Positions 18,203 to 27,147 of a DNA stretch of 60,560 nt are shown in pieces; position 1 is the first letter of the stretch, and each line of letters opens with the position of its first letter. The notes under the pieces are model-generated. The model was not told where the DNA came from. It made no database searches and saw only the letters and a program-made list of their open reading frames with translations. The translations under genes were made by a program, and so were the position numbers. This DNA comes from Gaiellaceae bacterium (lineage in GTDB: Bacteria > Actinomycetota > Thermoleophilia > Gaiellales > Gaiellaceae). Location: positions 1-60,560 of the forward strand of contig DASTHC010000131.1 in the NCBI GenBank assembly GCA_035718485.1. The letters run 5' to 3'.

Positions 18203-19162
18203 ATGCGGCTCTGGGCCGCCACGGGAGACGCGGTCGCGAGACTCGACGAGGACGGCGACCGCTGGACGGTCGTGCTGTCGCTCGAAGGCAGCGGCGCGCA
18301 GTGTCTGTCGCCCGATCCGCGTGCAGCGGACACGGCGTATGTCGGGCTTCGTGAGCGAGGGCTGTGGAAGACAACCGACGGCGGCGAGACGTGGCGCGAT
18401 CTCGAGCTTCCCGAGGCAGGCGTGTTCTCGGTCGCCGTCAGCCCGGTGGACGGCGCGGTGTACGCCGGGTGCGAGCCCAGCCGGCTCTTTCGGAGCGAGG
18501 ACGGCGGCCGGAGCTGGCGCGCGCTCGACGCGCTGCTGGACCTGCCCTCGCGGCCGACCTGGAGCTTTCCGCCCCGACCGTGGACCTCGCACGTTCGCTG
18601 GATCGCGCCCAGCCCTCACGACGCCGATCTGCTCCTCGTCGGGATCGAGCTCGGCGGGCTGATGCGCTCGGGTGACGGCGGCGACTCGTGGGCGGACCAT
18701 CGTCCAGGCGCGCAGCGCGATGTTCATTCCGTCGTCTGGCACCAGCACGAGCGCGGGCGGGCCTACGAGGCGGGCGGCGGCGGCGCAGCCTTCAGCGTCG
18801 ACGCAGGCGAGACGTGGTCAGCTGCGGACGCCGGCCGCGATCGTCATTACACCTGGGCCGTCGCGACCGATCCCGCCGACGCGAACCGTTGGTGGCTGTC
18901 CGCGAGCACCGGGCCGTTCGCCGCGCACGGCAGAGGCCATTCGCAGGCGCGCATCTTCCGGTGCGACGGTGGGGAATGGGAGCCCGTCACGACAGAGCTC
19001 GCCGCGATGCCGTACGCGCTGGCGGCCGGCGACGGTCGCGTGTTCGCAGCGCTCCGCGACGGCACCCTGCTCGAGACGCGCGACGGCGGCGACACGTGGG
19101 CGAGCGCTCGTTTCGAGGGCGCGGAAACCCTAGGGCTACACGCGCTCGCGGTCGCGGACTAG
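18203..19162 (+). CDS. BNR/Asp-box repeat beta-propeller protein (Ycf48/sialidase-like fold)
   Basis: Trimmed to ATG 18203 (MRLWAATGD...). Five Asp-box motifs: TTDGGETW, SEDGGRSW, SGDGGDSW, SVDAGETW, TRDGGDTW. Confidence 0.75.
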   Translation: MRLWAATGDAVARLDEDGDRWTVVLSLEGSGAQCLSPDPRAADTAYVGLRERGLWKTTDGGETWRDLELPEAGVFSVAVSPVDGAVYAGCEPSRLFRSEDGGRSWRALDALLDLPSRPTWSFPPRPWTSHVRWIAPSPHDADLLLVGIELGGLMRSGDGGDSWADHRPGAQRDVHSVVWHQHERGRAYEAGGGGAAFSVDAGETWSAADAGRDRHYTWAVATDPADANRWWLSASTGPFAAHGRGHSQARIFRCDGGEWEPVTTELAAMPYALAAGDGRVFAALRDGTLLETRDGGDTWASARFEGAETLGLHALAVAD

Positions 19163-20959
19163 GCGCCGCGCGGCGTCCGCGATGTGCTCCGCGTCGATCC
19201 CCGCCGCGTTCAGCAGCTGGTCCGGCTTGCCCGAGTGCGGCAGGTCGCGGACGGCGAGCTTCGTCACGCGCGGTGCGTCCTCCAGGTCGGCGAGCGCCGA
19301 GAGCACGGCCTCGCCGAGCCCGCCCTCCGGCCAGTGGTCCTCGACCGTGACGATCGGCATGTGCAGCCCGCGGAGCGTCTCCGCGTCGATCGGCTTCACC
19401 GAGTAAAGGTCGATCACGCGTGCCGAGATGTCGTCTCCCTCGAGCGTCTCGGCTGCCTCGAGCGCCTCGTGCAGCGTGATTCCCGCCGCGATGATCGCGA
19501 CGTCGTCGCCGTCGCGGACGGTCTTGCTGCCGCCGACCGGAAACTCCTCGTCGGAGCCGTAGATGACGGGCGTGTCCGCGCGCGTCGTGCGCAGGAACGA
19601 GATCCCCTCGAGGTCGCCCATCGCGCGCACGAGCTTCGCCGTCTGGTTCCCGTCGCAGGGGTACAGAACGGTCGACCCGTTGATCGCGCGGAACTCCGCG
19701 AGGTCCTCAAGCGCCATCTGCGACGGGCCATCCTCGCCGATCGAGACGCCGGCGTGCGAGCCGCACAGCTTGAGGTTCGCGCGCGAGATCTGCGCCATCC
19801 GGACGAAGTCGTAGGCGCGGCTCATGAACGCTGCGAACGTGGAAGCGAACGGCTTCCACGACAGCACCTGCAGCCCGATCGCGGCCGCGACCATCTGCTG
19901 CTCCGCGATGAACATCTCGAAGAAGCGTTCGGGATGCGCCTTGCCGAAGATGTCCGCGTACGTCGAGTTCGAGACCTCGCCGTCGAGCGCGACGACGCGG
20001 TCGTCTTCGGCGCCGAGCGCGGCCAGCGCGTCGCCGTACGCGCGGCGCGTCGCGACCTTCGACCCGACCTCGAAGCTCGGCCACTCGACCGGCGTCGGCC
20101 GGAAGCGGTGCGGCTCAGCGGGCTCGGGCTTGGGGACGTCGACGACGATGTTCCGAATGCCGCCGAGCTCCTCGATCGCCTCCTCCGCGATGGCCTTCCC
20201 GTGCCAGCCGTTTTGGTCCTCGACCTTGGAGTACCCCTTGCCCTTGATCGTCCTCGCGACGATCGCGGTCGGCTGGCCGGTCGTCGACCCGGCCTCCCGG
20301 TACGCGGCGTCGATCGCCTCGACGTCGTGGCCGTCGATCTCGATCGCCTTCCAGCCGCAGCTCTCGAGCCTGCGCGAGTAGTACGCAAGATCCCAGCCGT
20401 GCATCGTCTCGCCGCGCTGGCCGAGCCGGTTGACGTCGATGATTGCCGTCAGGTCGTCGAGCTCGTAGAACGCGGCGTGCTCGATCGCCTCCCACATCGA
20501 GCCCTCGGCCATCTCGCTGTCGCCGCAGATCACCCAGACGCGGAACGGCAGCCGATCGAGCTTCTTGCCGGCGAGGGCCATCCCGACGCCGATCGGAAGC
20601 CCCTGGCCGAGCGACCCCGTCGCGACGTCGACCCACGGGAGCGACGGCGTCGGATGTCCCTCGAGGCGCGAGCCGAACTGTCGATACGTGCCGAACTCCT
20701 CCTCGGAGAGCACACCGGCTGCGCGGAAGAGCCCGTACACGAGCGGCGACGCGTGGCCCTTCGAAAAGATCAGCCGGTCGTTTCGCGGGTCCTTCGGATC
20801 GTCGTAGTCGTAGCGGAAGTGTCCGGCGAGCAGGACCGCCGCGAGGTCGGCCGCCGACATCGACGACGTCGGGTGTCCGGATCCCGCCTTCGCGCTCGCG
20901 CGCACCGCGTCCACGCGCAGCTGCTGCCCGAGCTCGCGGTAGAGGTCGAAGTCGGCCAT
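19136..20959 (-). CDS. tkt: transketolase (607 aa)
   Basis: Trimmed to ATG 20959 (MADFDLYREL...). Motifs: SGHPTSSMSAADL, GSLGQGLPIGVGMA, GDSEMAEGSMWEA. Its 3' end overlaps the convergent BNR gene by 27 nt. Confidence 0.92.
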   Translation of the reverse strand: MADFDLYRELGQQLRVDAVRASAKAGSGHPTSSMSAADLAAVLLAGHFRYDYDDPKDPRNDRLIFSKGHASPLVYGLFRAAGVLSEEEFGTYRQFGSRLEGHPTPSLPWVDVATGSLGQGLPIGVGMALAGKKLDRLPFRVWVICGDSEMAEGSMWEAIEHAAFYELDDLTAIIDVNRLGQRGETMHGWDLAYYSRRLESCGWKAIEIDGHDVEAIDAAYREAGSTTGQPTAIVARTIKGKGYSKVEDQNGWHGKAIAEEAIEELGGIRNIVVDVPKPEPAEPHRFRPTPVEWPSFEVGSKVATRRAYGDALAALGAEDDRVVALDGEVSNSTYADIFGKAHPERFFEMFIAEQQMVAAAIGLQVLSWKPFASTFAAFMSRAYDFVRMAQISRANLKLCGSHAGVSIGEDGPSQMALEDLAEFRAINGSTVLYPCDGNQTAKLVRAMGDLEGISFLRTTRADTPVIYGSDEEFPVGGSKTVRDGDDVAIIAAGITLHEALEAAETLEGDDISARVIDLYSVKPIDAETLRGLHMPIVTVEDHWPEGGLGEAVLSALADLEDAPRVTKLAVRDLPHSGKPDQLLNAAGIDAEHIADAARRLVRDRERV

Positions 20960-20981
20960 GCCCGTGTACCGTAACCAGTTG

Positions 20982-21455
20982 ATGCGAGTCGCGGTCGCGT
21001 TCGACCACCGAGGCGTCAAGCTGCGCGAGTGCATCTTCGAGACGCTCGCCGACCTCGGGCACGAGGCGGTCGACCTCGGGACCGACGCACCGGAGCCGCG
21101 CATCGACTACCCGGACAAGGCGCGGGACATCGGCGGGGCGATCCTCGGCGGCGACGCCGAGCGCGGCGTTTTCGTCTGCGGCTCGGGGGTCGGGGCGTCG
21201 GTCGCGGCCTGCAAGCTGCCCGGGATCCGCGCCGCGATCTGCCACGACACCTACTCGGCCCACCAGGGCGTCGAGCACGACGACATGAACGTGCTCTGCC
21301 TCGGCTCAGAGGTGGTGGGCGCCGAGCTCGCCAGGGAACTCGTCCGTGCCTTCCTGCAGGCCGAGTTCGACGGCGGCGAGCGATACGTCAAGAGGTTGGA
21401 GAAAGTCGCACAAATGGAAAGAGGGATCGCACATGGCCAAGTCACGTCTGCATGA
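20982..21455 (+). CDS. rpiB: ribose-5-phosphate isomerase B
   Basis: Starts at ATG 20982 (MRVAVAFDHRG...). RpiB/LacAB motif CGSGVGASVAACKLPGIRAAICHDTYSA. Confidence 0.88.
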   Translation: MRVAVAFDHRGVKLRECIFETLADLGHEAVDLGTDAPEPRIDYPDKARDIGGAILGGDAERGVFVCGSGVGASVAACKLPGIRAAICHDTYSAHQGVEHDDMNVLCLGSEVVGAELARELVRAFLQAEFDGGERYVKRLEKVAQMERGIAHGQVTSA

Positions 21456-22539
21456 GCTGAGCGAGCACGGGCAGAGCGTCTGGATCGACTCGCTCTCGCG
21501 CCAGTGGCTGCGCGACGGGACGCTCGACAAGCTGATCGAGGAGGACGCCGTCGTCGGCGTCACCTCGAACCCGACGATCTTCCAGAAGGCGCTCTCTGGC
21601 GGCGACTGGTACGACGACCAGCTCCGCGAGCTCGTCGGACAGGAGGACGACCTGCGCGAGATCTTCTGGCACCTCGCGGTCGCCGACGTGACGGAGGCGT
21701 GTGATCGGTTCCGGCCGATCTGGGACGAGGGGAAGGGGCAGGACGGCTACGTCTCCCTCGAGGTCGACCCGGACCTCGCGTACGAGCGCGACACGACGGT
21801 CGAGCAGGCGATGCGCCTCCACGAGTCGGTCGACCGGCCGAACCTCTTCGTGAAGATCCCGGCGACCGAGCCCGGCCTCGGGGCGATCGAGGAGTCGATC
21901 GCGCGCGGCAAGTCGATCAACGTCACGCTGATCTTCTCGCTCGCGCGCTACGAGGCCGTCGCCGAGGCGTACATCCGCGGGCTCGAGCGGCTCGTCGAGT
22001 CGGGCGGGGATCCGTCCGTCGTCGCCTCGGTCGCGTCGTTCTTCGTCTCGCGCGTCGACACGGAGGCCGACCGCCGCCTCGACGAGGTCGGGAGGCCCGA
22101 CCTGAAGGGCAAGCTGGCCATCGCCAACGCGAAGCTTGCGTACGAGCGGTACGGCGCGATCTTCTCGGGTGCGCGGTGGGAGGCGCTCGCGGCGAAGGGC
22201 GCGACGAAGCAGCGCTGCCTCTGGGCGTCGACCTCGACGAAGAACCCCGAGTACCGCGACGTGATGTACGTCGAGGAGCTGATCGGCCCCGAGACGGTGA
22301 ACACGATGCCGCTCGAGACGATCCGCGCCTTCCAGCACCACGGCGAGATCCGCGGCGACACGATCCTCGAGGGGCTCGACGAAGCGCACGCGCTGCTCGA
22401 GGAGCTGGCCGAGGCGGGAGTCGACTACGACGACGTCGTCGACACGCTCGAGCGGGAGGGCGTGCAGAAGTTCTCCGACTCCCTCGCCGAGCTGCTCGAG
22501 GGCATTCAGGCGAAGCGCGGCGAGCTCGTGTCGGCGTAG
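21433..22539 (+). CDS. tal: transaldolase (368 aa, actinobacterial long type)
   Basis: Starts at ATG 21433 (MAKSRLHELSEHGQSVWIDSLSR...). Also VTSNPTIF and the FVKIPAT active-site Lys context. Overlaps the rpiB end by 23 nt. Confidence 0.92.
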   Translation: MAKSRLHELSEHGQSVWIDSLSRQWLRDGTLDKLIEEDAVVGVTSNPTIFQKALSGGDWYDDQLRELVGQEDDLREIFWHLAVADVTEACDRFRPIWDEGKGQDGYVSLEVDPDLAYERDTTVEQAMRLHESVDRPNLFVKIPATEPGLGAIEESIARGKSINVTLIFSLARYEAVAEAYIRGLERLVESGGDPSVVASVASFFVSRVDTEADRRLDEVGRPDLKGKLAIANAKLAYERYGAIFSGARWEALAAKGATKQRCLWASTSTKNPEYRDVMYVEELIGPETVNTMPLETIRAFQHHGEIRGDTILEGLDEAHALLEELAEAGVDYDDVVDTLEREGVQKFSDSLAELLEGIQAKRGELVSA

Positions 22540-23858
22540 TGGCGCGCACGGACGTCGCGCAGCTCGTCGAGCGGATCTGGAGTCGCGACCCGAGCGTCTG
22601 GACCGGCAACGGCGAGGCGCAGTGGCTCGGATGGCTCGACGAGCCGCTCCGCATGCGAGAGCGCGTGCACGAGCTGCTCGAGTTCGCGTCGAACGTCGAC
22701 TTCGATCGCGTCTGCCTGCTCGGGATGGGCGGGTCGAGCCTCGCGCCGGAGGTGGTGAAGCGGCTGTTCGGCGTGGGGACGTTCGACACGCTCGACACGA
22801 CCCATCCGAACGCTGTTCGCCGCGTCGCGTCGGACGGCACGCTCTTCATCTCGGCCTCGAAGTCCGGCTCCACTCTCGAGACCCGCTCGCACACGGACTA
22901 CTTCTGGGACCAGACGGGCGGGGACGGCCGACGCTTCGTCGCGATCACGGATCCGGGATCCGAGCTCGAGTTGCTCGCCCGCGAGCGCGCGTTCGCCGGC
23001 GTCTTCCACGGCGAGCCGACGATCGGCGGCCGCTACTCGGCGCTCTCCGCCTTCGGGATCGTGCCGGCGGTGCTGATGGGGCTCGACGTGCTGCGGCTGC
23101 TCGAGCGGGCGGACGAGATGCGGGAGGCGTGCCGCTTCGAGGAGGGCAACCCCGGCCTCGAGCTCGGGCTCGCGCTCGGCGATGGCTGGCGCGAGGGCCG
23201 CGACAAGGTCCTTGTCGGCGGCGACTTCGGGCTCTGGGTCGAGCAGCTCCTCGCCGAGTCGACCGGCAAGGAGGGCAAGGGGCTGATCCCCGTCTCGTGG
23301 GGCGAGTCCGACGACGTGCAGCGCCCCGAGTTCCGGGTCGACGATCCGTACGAGGTCGGTCAGGAGTTCTTCCGCTGGGAGTTCGCGACCGCGGTCGCCG
23401 GCTCGATCCTCGGCATCAACCCGTTCGACCAGCCGGACGTGCAGGCTGCGAAGGACAAGACGAACGAGATCCTGTCGCGCGGCGGCGAGCCGTCGGTCGA
23501 GCCGCAGGGCGACCTCGACTCGCTGCTGGACGGCGCGCGCGAGGGCGACTACGTCTGCATCCAGGCGTTCGTCGACCCGGCTCGCGAGAGCGACCTCGAG
23601 CCGTTCGTCGACCGTGCGCGCGCCACGGGCCGACCCGTCTCGGTCGGCCTCGGACCGCGCTACCTCCACTCGACCGGACAGCTCCACAAGGGCGGCCCGA
23701 ACACCGGCCTCTTCGTCCAGGTCGTCGACGACCTCGGCGAGGAGCTGCCGATCCCGGGCAAGCCGTTCGGCTTCCGCAAGCTGATCGCCGCGCAGGCCGC
23801 GGGGGACTACGAGGCGCTCCAGGAGCGCGGCCGCCGGATCGTCCGGGTGGCGCTGTGA
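22539..23858 (+). CDS. pgi: glucose-6-phosphate isomerase (short SIS-type)
   Basis: GTG 22539 shares 1 nt with the tal TAG. Motifs: GMGGSSLAPE, SKSGSTLET, GGRYSALS, INPFDQPDV. Confidence 0.85.
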   Translation: MARTDVAQLVERIWSRDPSVWTGNGEAQWLGWLDEPLRMRERVHELLEFASNVDFDRVCLLGMGGSSLAPEVVKRLFGVGTFDTLDTTHPNAVRRVASDGTLFISASKSGSTLETRSHTDYFWDQTGGDGRRFVAITDPGSELELLARERAFAGVFHGEPTIGGRYSALSAFGIVPAVLMGLDVLRLLERADEMREACRFEEGNPGLELGLALGDGWREGRDKVLVGGDFGLWVEQLLAESTGKEGKGLIPVSWGESDDVQRPEFRVDDPYEVGQEFFRWEFATAVAGSILGINPFDQPDVQAAKDKTNEILSRGGEPSVEPQGDLDSLLDGAREGDYVCIQAFVDPARESDLEPFVDRARATGRPVSVGLGPRYLHSTGQLHKGGPNTGLFVQVVDDLGEELPIPGKPFGFRKLIAAQAAGDYEALQERGRRIVRVAL

Positions 23859-24757
23859 AGTTCGCGATGGTCGGGCTCGGCCGGATGGGCTCCGGGATGA
23901 CCGAGCGCCTGCGCCGGAACGGGCTCGAGGTGATGACGTACGACCCGAACGTGGAGTCGACCGCGGAATCGCTCGAGGAGCTGGCGACGCAGCTGGAGCG
24001 GCCGCGCATCTTCTGGCTGATGGTGCCGTCGGGCGACGTCACGGAGGCGACGTTCCAGGAGGCACTCGGTGTCCTCGACGAGGACGACGTGCTCGTCGAC
24101 GGCGGCAACTCGTACTTCCGCGACTCGATCCGCCGCCACGACGAGGCGAAGGAGCGCGGGATCCATTTCGTCGACGTCGGCGTCTCCGGCGGCATCTGGG
24201 GGCTCGAGGTCGGCTTCTGCCTGATGGCCGGCGGCGATCCCGAGCCCGCCTCGCGCCTGACGCCGATCTTCGAGGGCCTCGCCCCCGAGAACGGCTGGGC
24301 GCACGTCGGCGGCCCCGGCTCGGGCCACTTCGTGAAGATGGTCCACAACGGGATCGAGTACGGCCTGATGGAGGCGTACGCCGAGGGGTTCGAGCTGATG
24401 AGCCACTCCCCGTTCGACCTCGATCTCGAGGAGATCGCGGGGATCTGGCGCTACGGCTCGGTCGTCCGCTCGTGGCTGCTCGACCTCCTCTACGAGGCGT
24501 TCAAGGACCACGGCGCGAAGCTCGAGGACATCGCGCCCTACGTCGAGGACTCGGGCGAGGGCCGCTGGACGATCAACGAGGCGATCGAGCTGAACGTCCC
24601 CGTGCCCGTGATCGCGAGCTCCCTCTTCGCCCGCTTCGCCTCGAGGCGCGAGATCAACTTCGCAGCGAAGGTCGCAGCCGCGCTCCGGAACCAGTTCGGC
24701 GGCCACGCGGTGCGCGCGGCAGAGAAGCGCGTGGAGGACCCTGACCGAAGTCGCTGA
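23855..24757 (+). CDS. gnd: 6-phosphogluconate dehydrogenase, decarboxylating, short (about 300 aa) form
   Basis: GTG 23855 overlaps the pgi TGA (GTGA). Rossmann motif MVGLGRMGSGM, plus GGNSYF and HNGIEYGLMEAYAEG. Confidence 0.88.
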   Translation: MKFAMVGLGRMGSGMTERLRRNGLEVMTYDPNVESTAESLEELATQLERPRIFWLMVPSGDVTEATFQEALGVLDEDDVLVDGGNSYFRDSIRRHDEAKERGIHFVDVGVSGGIWGLEVGFCLMAGGDPEPASRLTPIFEGLAPENGWAHVGGPGSGHFVKMVHNGIEYGLMEAYAEGFELMSHSPFDLDLEEIAGIWRYGSVVRSWLLDLLYEAFKDHGAKLEDIAPYVEDSGEGRWTINEAIELNVPVPVIASSLFARFASRREINFAAKVAAALRNQFGGHAVRAAEKRVEDPDRSR

Positions 24758-24806
24758 GAACCCGCTGCTCGAAGGGCTCGAGCGCCGCCGCACGCCCGAC
24801 CCGTGC

Positions 24807-26234
24807 GTGTTCGTGATCTACGGCGCGTCGGGCGACCTCACGAGGCGCAAGCTCTTCCCGGCGCTCTACGCGCTCGCCTACCGGCGCATGCTCCCCGAGC
24901 GGTTCGCCGTGCTCGGGAGCGCACGCAGCCCCATGACGAGCGAGGACTTCCGCAAAGGGATGGAGGAAGCGGTGCGCGCGCACGCGCGCGTCGAGTTCAA
25001 GCAGGAGGTGTGGGACGAGCTCGCGCAGTCGACGTATTACGTCTCGACGGAGTTCGAGGACGACGAGGGCGGGGACCGCGTCGCCGAGAAGCTCAAGGAG
25101 CTCGACCACGAGCACGGGACCGAGGGGAACCGTCTCTTCTACCTCGCCGTCCCGCCGGTCGCGATCGCGATGCTCGTGCACGAGATCGGCGATCGACGAA
25201 CCGGCGAGGGCTGGGCCCGGCTGGTCGTCGAGAAGCCGTTCGGCCTCGACCTCGCGTCCGCGCGCCGGCTGAACCACGAGATCCTCCGGCACTTCCGCGA
25301 GAACGAGGTCTTCCGGATCGACCACTACCTCGGCAAGGAGACGGTGCAGAACATGCTGGCGCTCCGCTTTGCGAACGGCATCTTCGAACCGCTCTGGACG
25401 CGGCAGTTCGTCGACCACGTGCAGATCACCGTCGCCGAGGCGATCGGGATCGAGGGCCGCGCCGCCTTCTACGAGAAGCTCGGCGCGTCCCGCGACGTCT
25501 TCCAGAACCACCTGCTCCAGCTCGTCGCGATCACCGCGATGGAGCCCCCGATCGACTTCGACGCCGACGCGGTGCGAAACGAGAAGGCGAAGGTCCTTCG
25601 CGCAATGGAGGTCGACGCCGTCGTCCGCGGGCAGTACGGGCCGGGCTACGTCGAGGGCCAGATGGTGCCCGGCTACCGCGAGGAGGAGGGAGTCGACCCG
25701 GAGTCGACGACCGAGACGTACCTCGCGGCGAAGCTCCGCATCGACACGTGGCGCTGGGCGGACACGCCGTTCTACGTTCGGACCGGCAAGCGGCTCCCGC
25801 GCCGCGAGACGACGATCGCCATCCACTTCAAGCGCGTCCCGCAGTCGCTCTTCGCGCACGCCGACGGGCTGCGCCCGAACGTCCTCGCGATCCACGTGCA
25901 ACCCGACGAGGGCGTGTCGCTCGGGATCGGCGCGAAGGTCCCGGGCCAGGGGATGACGGTGCGAACGGTCAACATGGACTTCCTCTACGGCGGTGCGTTC
26001 CGCACCGGGCTGCCCGAGGCGTACGAGCGGCTGATCCTCGACGCGATGCGAGGCGACCCGACGCTCTTCACACGCGCCGACGAGATCGAGGAGCAGTGGC
26101 GCATCGTCGACTCGTTCCTCGTGCGCTGGGCCGACCAGGTGCCTGACTTCCCGAACTACGACGCCGGGACGTGGGGGCCCGTCGAGGGGGACGAGGTGTT
26201 GCACCGCGACGGCCGGTCCTGGGGACGGCATTGA
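24807..26234 (+). CDS. zwf: glucose-6-phosphate dehydrogenase
   Basis: Motifs: GASGDLTRRKL, EKPFG, RIDHYLGKE. Track start is GTG 24807, but conserved in-frame sequence (LTEVAENPLLEGLERRRTPDPC) extends upstream to CTG 24741 with no ATG, GTG or TTG. Confidence 0.9.
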   Translation: MFVIYGASGDLTRRKLFPALYALAYRRMLPERFAVLGSARSPMTSEDFRKGMEEAVRAHARVEFKQEVWDELAQSTYYVSTEFEDDEGGDRVAEKLKELDHEHGTEGNRLFYLAVPPVAIAMLVHEIGDRRTGEGWARLVVEKPFGLDLASARRLNHEILRHFRENEVFRIDHYLGKETVQNMLALRFANGIFEPLWTRQFVDHVQITVAEAIGIEGRAAFYEKLGASRDVFQNHLLQLVAITAMEPPIDFDADAVRNEKAKVLRAMEVDAVVRGQYGPGYVEGQMVPGYREEEGVDPESTTETYLAAKLRIDTWRWADTPFYVRTGKRLPRRETTIAIHFKRVPQSLFAHADGLRPNVLAIHVQPDEGVSLGIGAKVPGQGMTVRTVNMDFLYGGAFRTGLPEAYERLILDAMRGDPTLFTRADEIEEQWRIVDSFLVRWADQVPDFPNYDAGTWGPVEGDEVLHRDGRSWGRH

Positions 26235-27088
26235 GCGCCGTCCGCGACCAGGAGTGGACCGGGCGTGACGTGACGATCGGCCAGATCGACCGTGCCCTCG
26301 CTGAACTTCGCAGCGACGCGATGGACCTGCGGACGAGCGTGCTGACCCACGTCGCCTGGGCGCCGCCCGAGTGGCAGGACGCCGCGCGCGAGACGCTCGC
26401 CGGCATGGCGGAGCTGCACCCCTCACGCACGCTCCTCCTGTTCCCGCAGGAGGACGGCCGCGACGCGATCGACGCCGACCTCTCGCTCGAGTGCTACACG
26501 CTCGCGGAGCTCGAGCGTCACGTGTGCTCGGAGGTGATCGAGCTGCGCCTGCACGGTCGGGTCGCCCAGGCCCCGGCGAGCGTCATCCTCCCGCTCGTCC
26601 TCCCCGATCTGCCCGTCTTCCTGCGCTGGCGTGGGCAGCCGCCGTTCGGCGAGCCCGTCTTCGAGCAGCTCGTGAACGTGGTCGATCGGCTCGTCGTCGA
26701 CTCGCGCGAGTGGCGGGAGGCTCCCGGGTGCTACACGAGCCTCGCCGAGATCTTCGACCGAGTGGCGGTCTCGGACATCGTCTGGGCCCGAACGCTCCGC
26801 TGGCGGCGCGCGATCGCCGAGCTCGACTCTGCAGCAAACGCGCGGCGGCTTCGCGTTCGCGGTCCGCTGCAGGAGGCATCGCTGCTCGCCGGCTGGCTGC
26901 GCTCGCGCCTCGATCGTGCGATCGAGCTCGACCACGCTGCGGCCGATCGGATCGAGCTGATCGAGCTCGACGCGCGCGAGGTCCTGGCCCGCGAGGAGCG
27001 CCCGAGCCCGAGCGAGCTGCTCTCGGGTGAGCTCGACCGTTTCTCGCGCGATCCTGTGTACGAGGCCGCGGCCTCCGCGGCCCTCTAG
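26231..27088 (+). CDS. opcA: glucose-6-phosphate dehydrogenase assembly protein OpcA
   Basis: TTG 26231 overlaps the zwf TGA (TTGA). OpcA-like features: TSVLTHVAW, HPSRTLLL, PDLPVFLRWRG. It sits in the canonical position after zwf. Confidence 0.8.
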   Translation: MSAVRDQEWTGRDVTIGQIDRALAELRSDAMDLRTSVLTHVAWAPPEWQDAARETLAGMAELHPSRTLLLFPQEDGRDAIDADLSLECYTLAELERHVCSEVIELRLHGRVAQAPASVILPLVLPDLPVFLRWRGQPPFGEPVFEQLVNVVDRLVVDSREWREAPGCYTSLAEIFDRVAVSDIVWARTLRWRRAIAELDSAANARRLRVRGPLQEASLLAGWLRSRLDRAIELDHAAADRIELIELDAREVLAREERPSPSELLSGELDRFSRDPVYEAAASAAL

Positions 27089-27147
27089 CGCGCGAGACGC
27101 GGGAGTACGCTTCTTGCAGGTGATGTTCTGGACGGAGATCCATCCCG

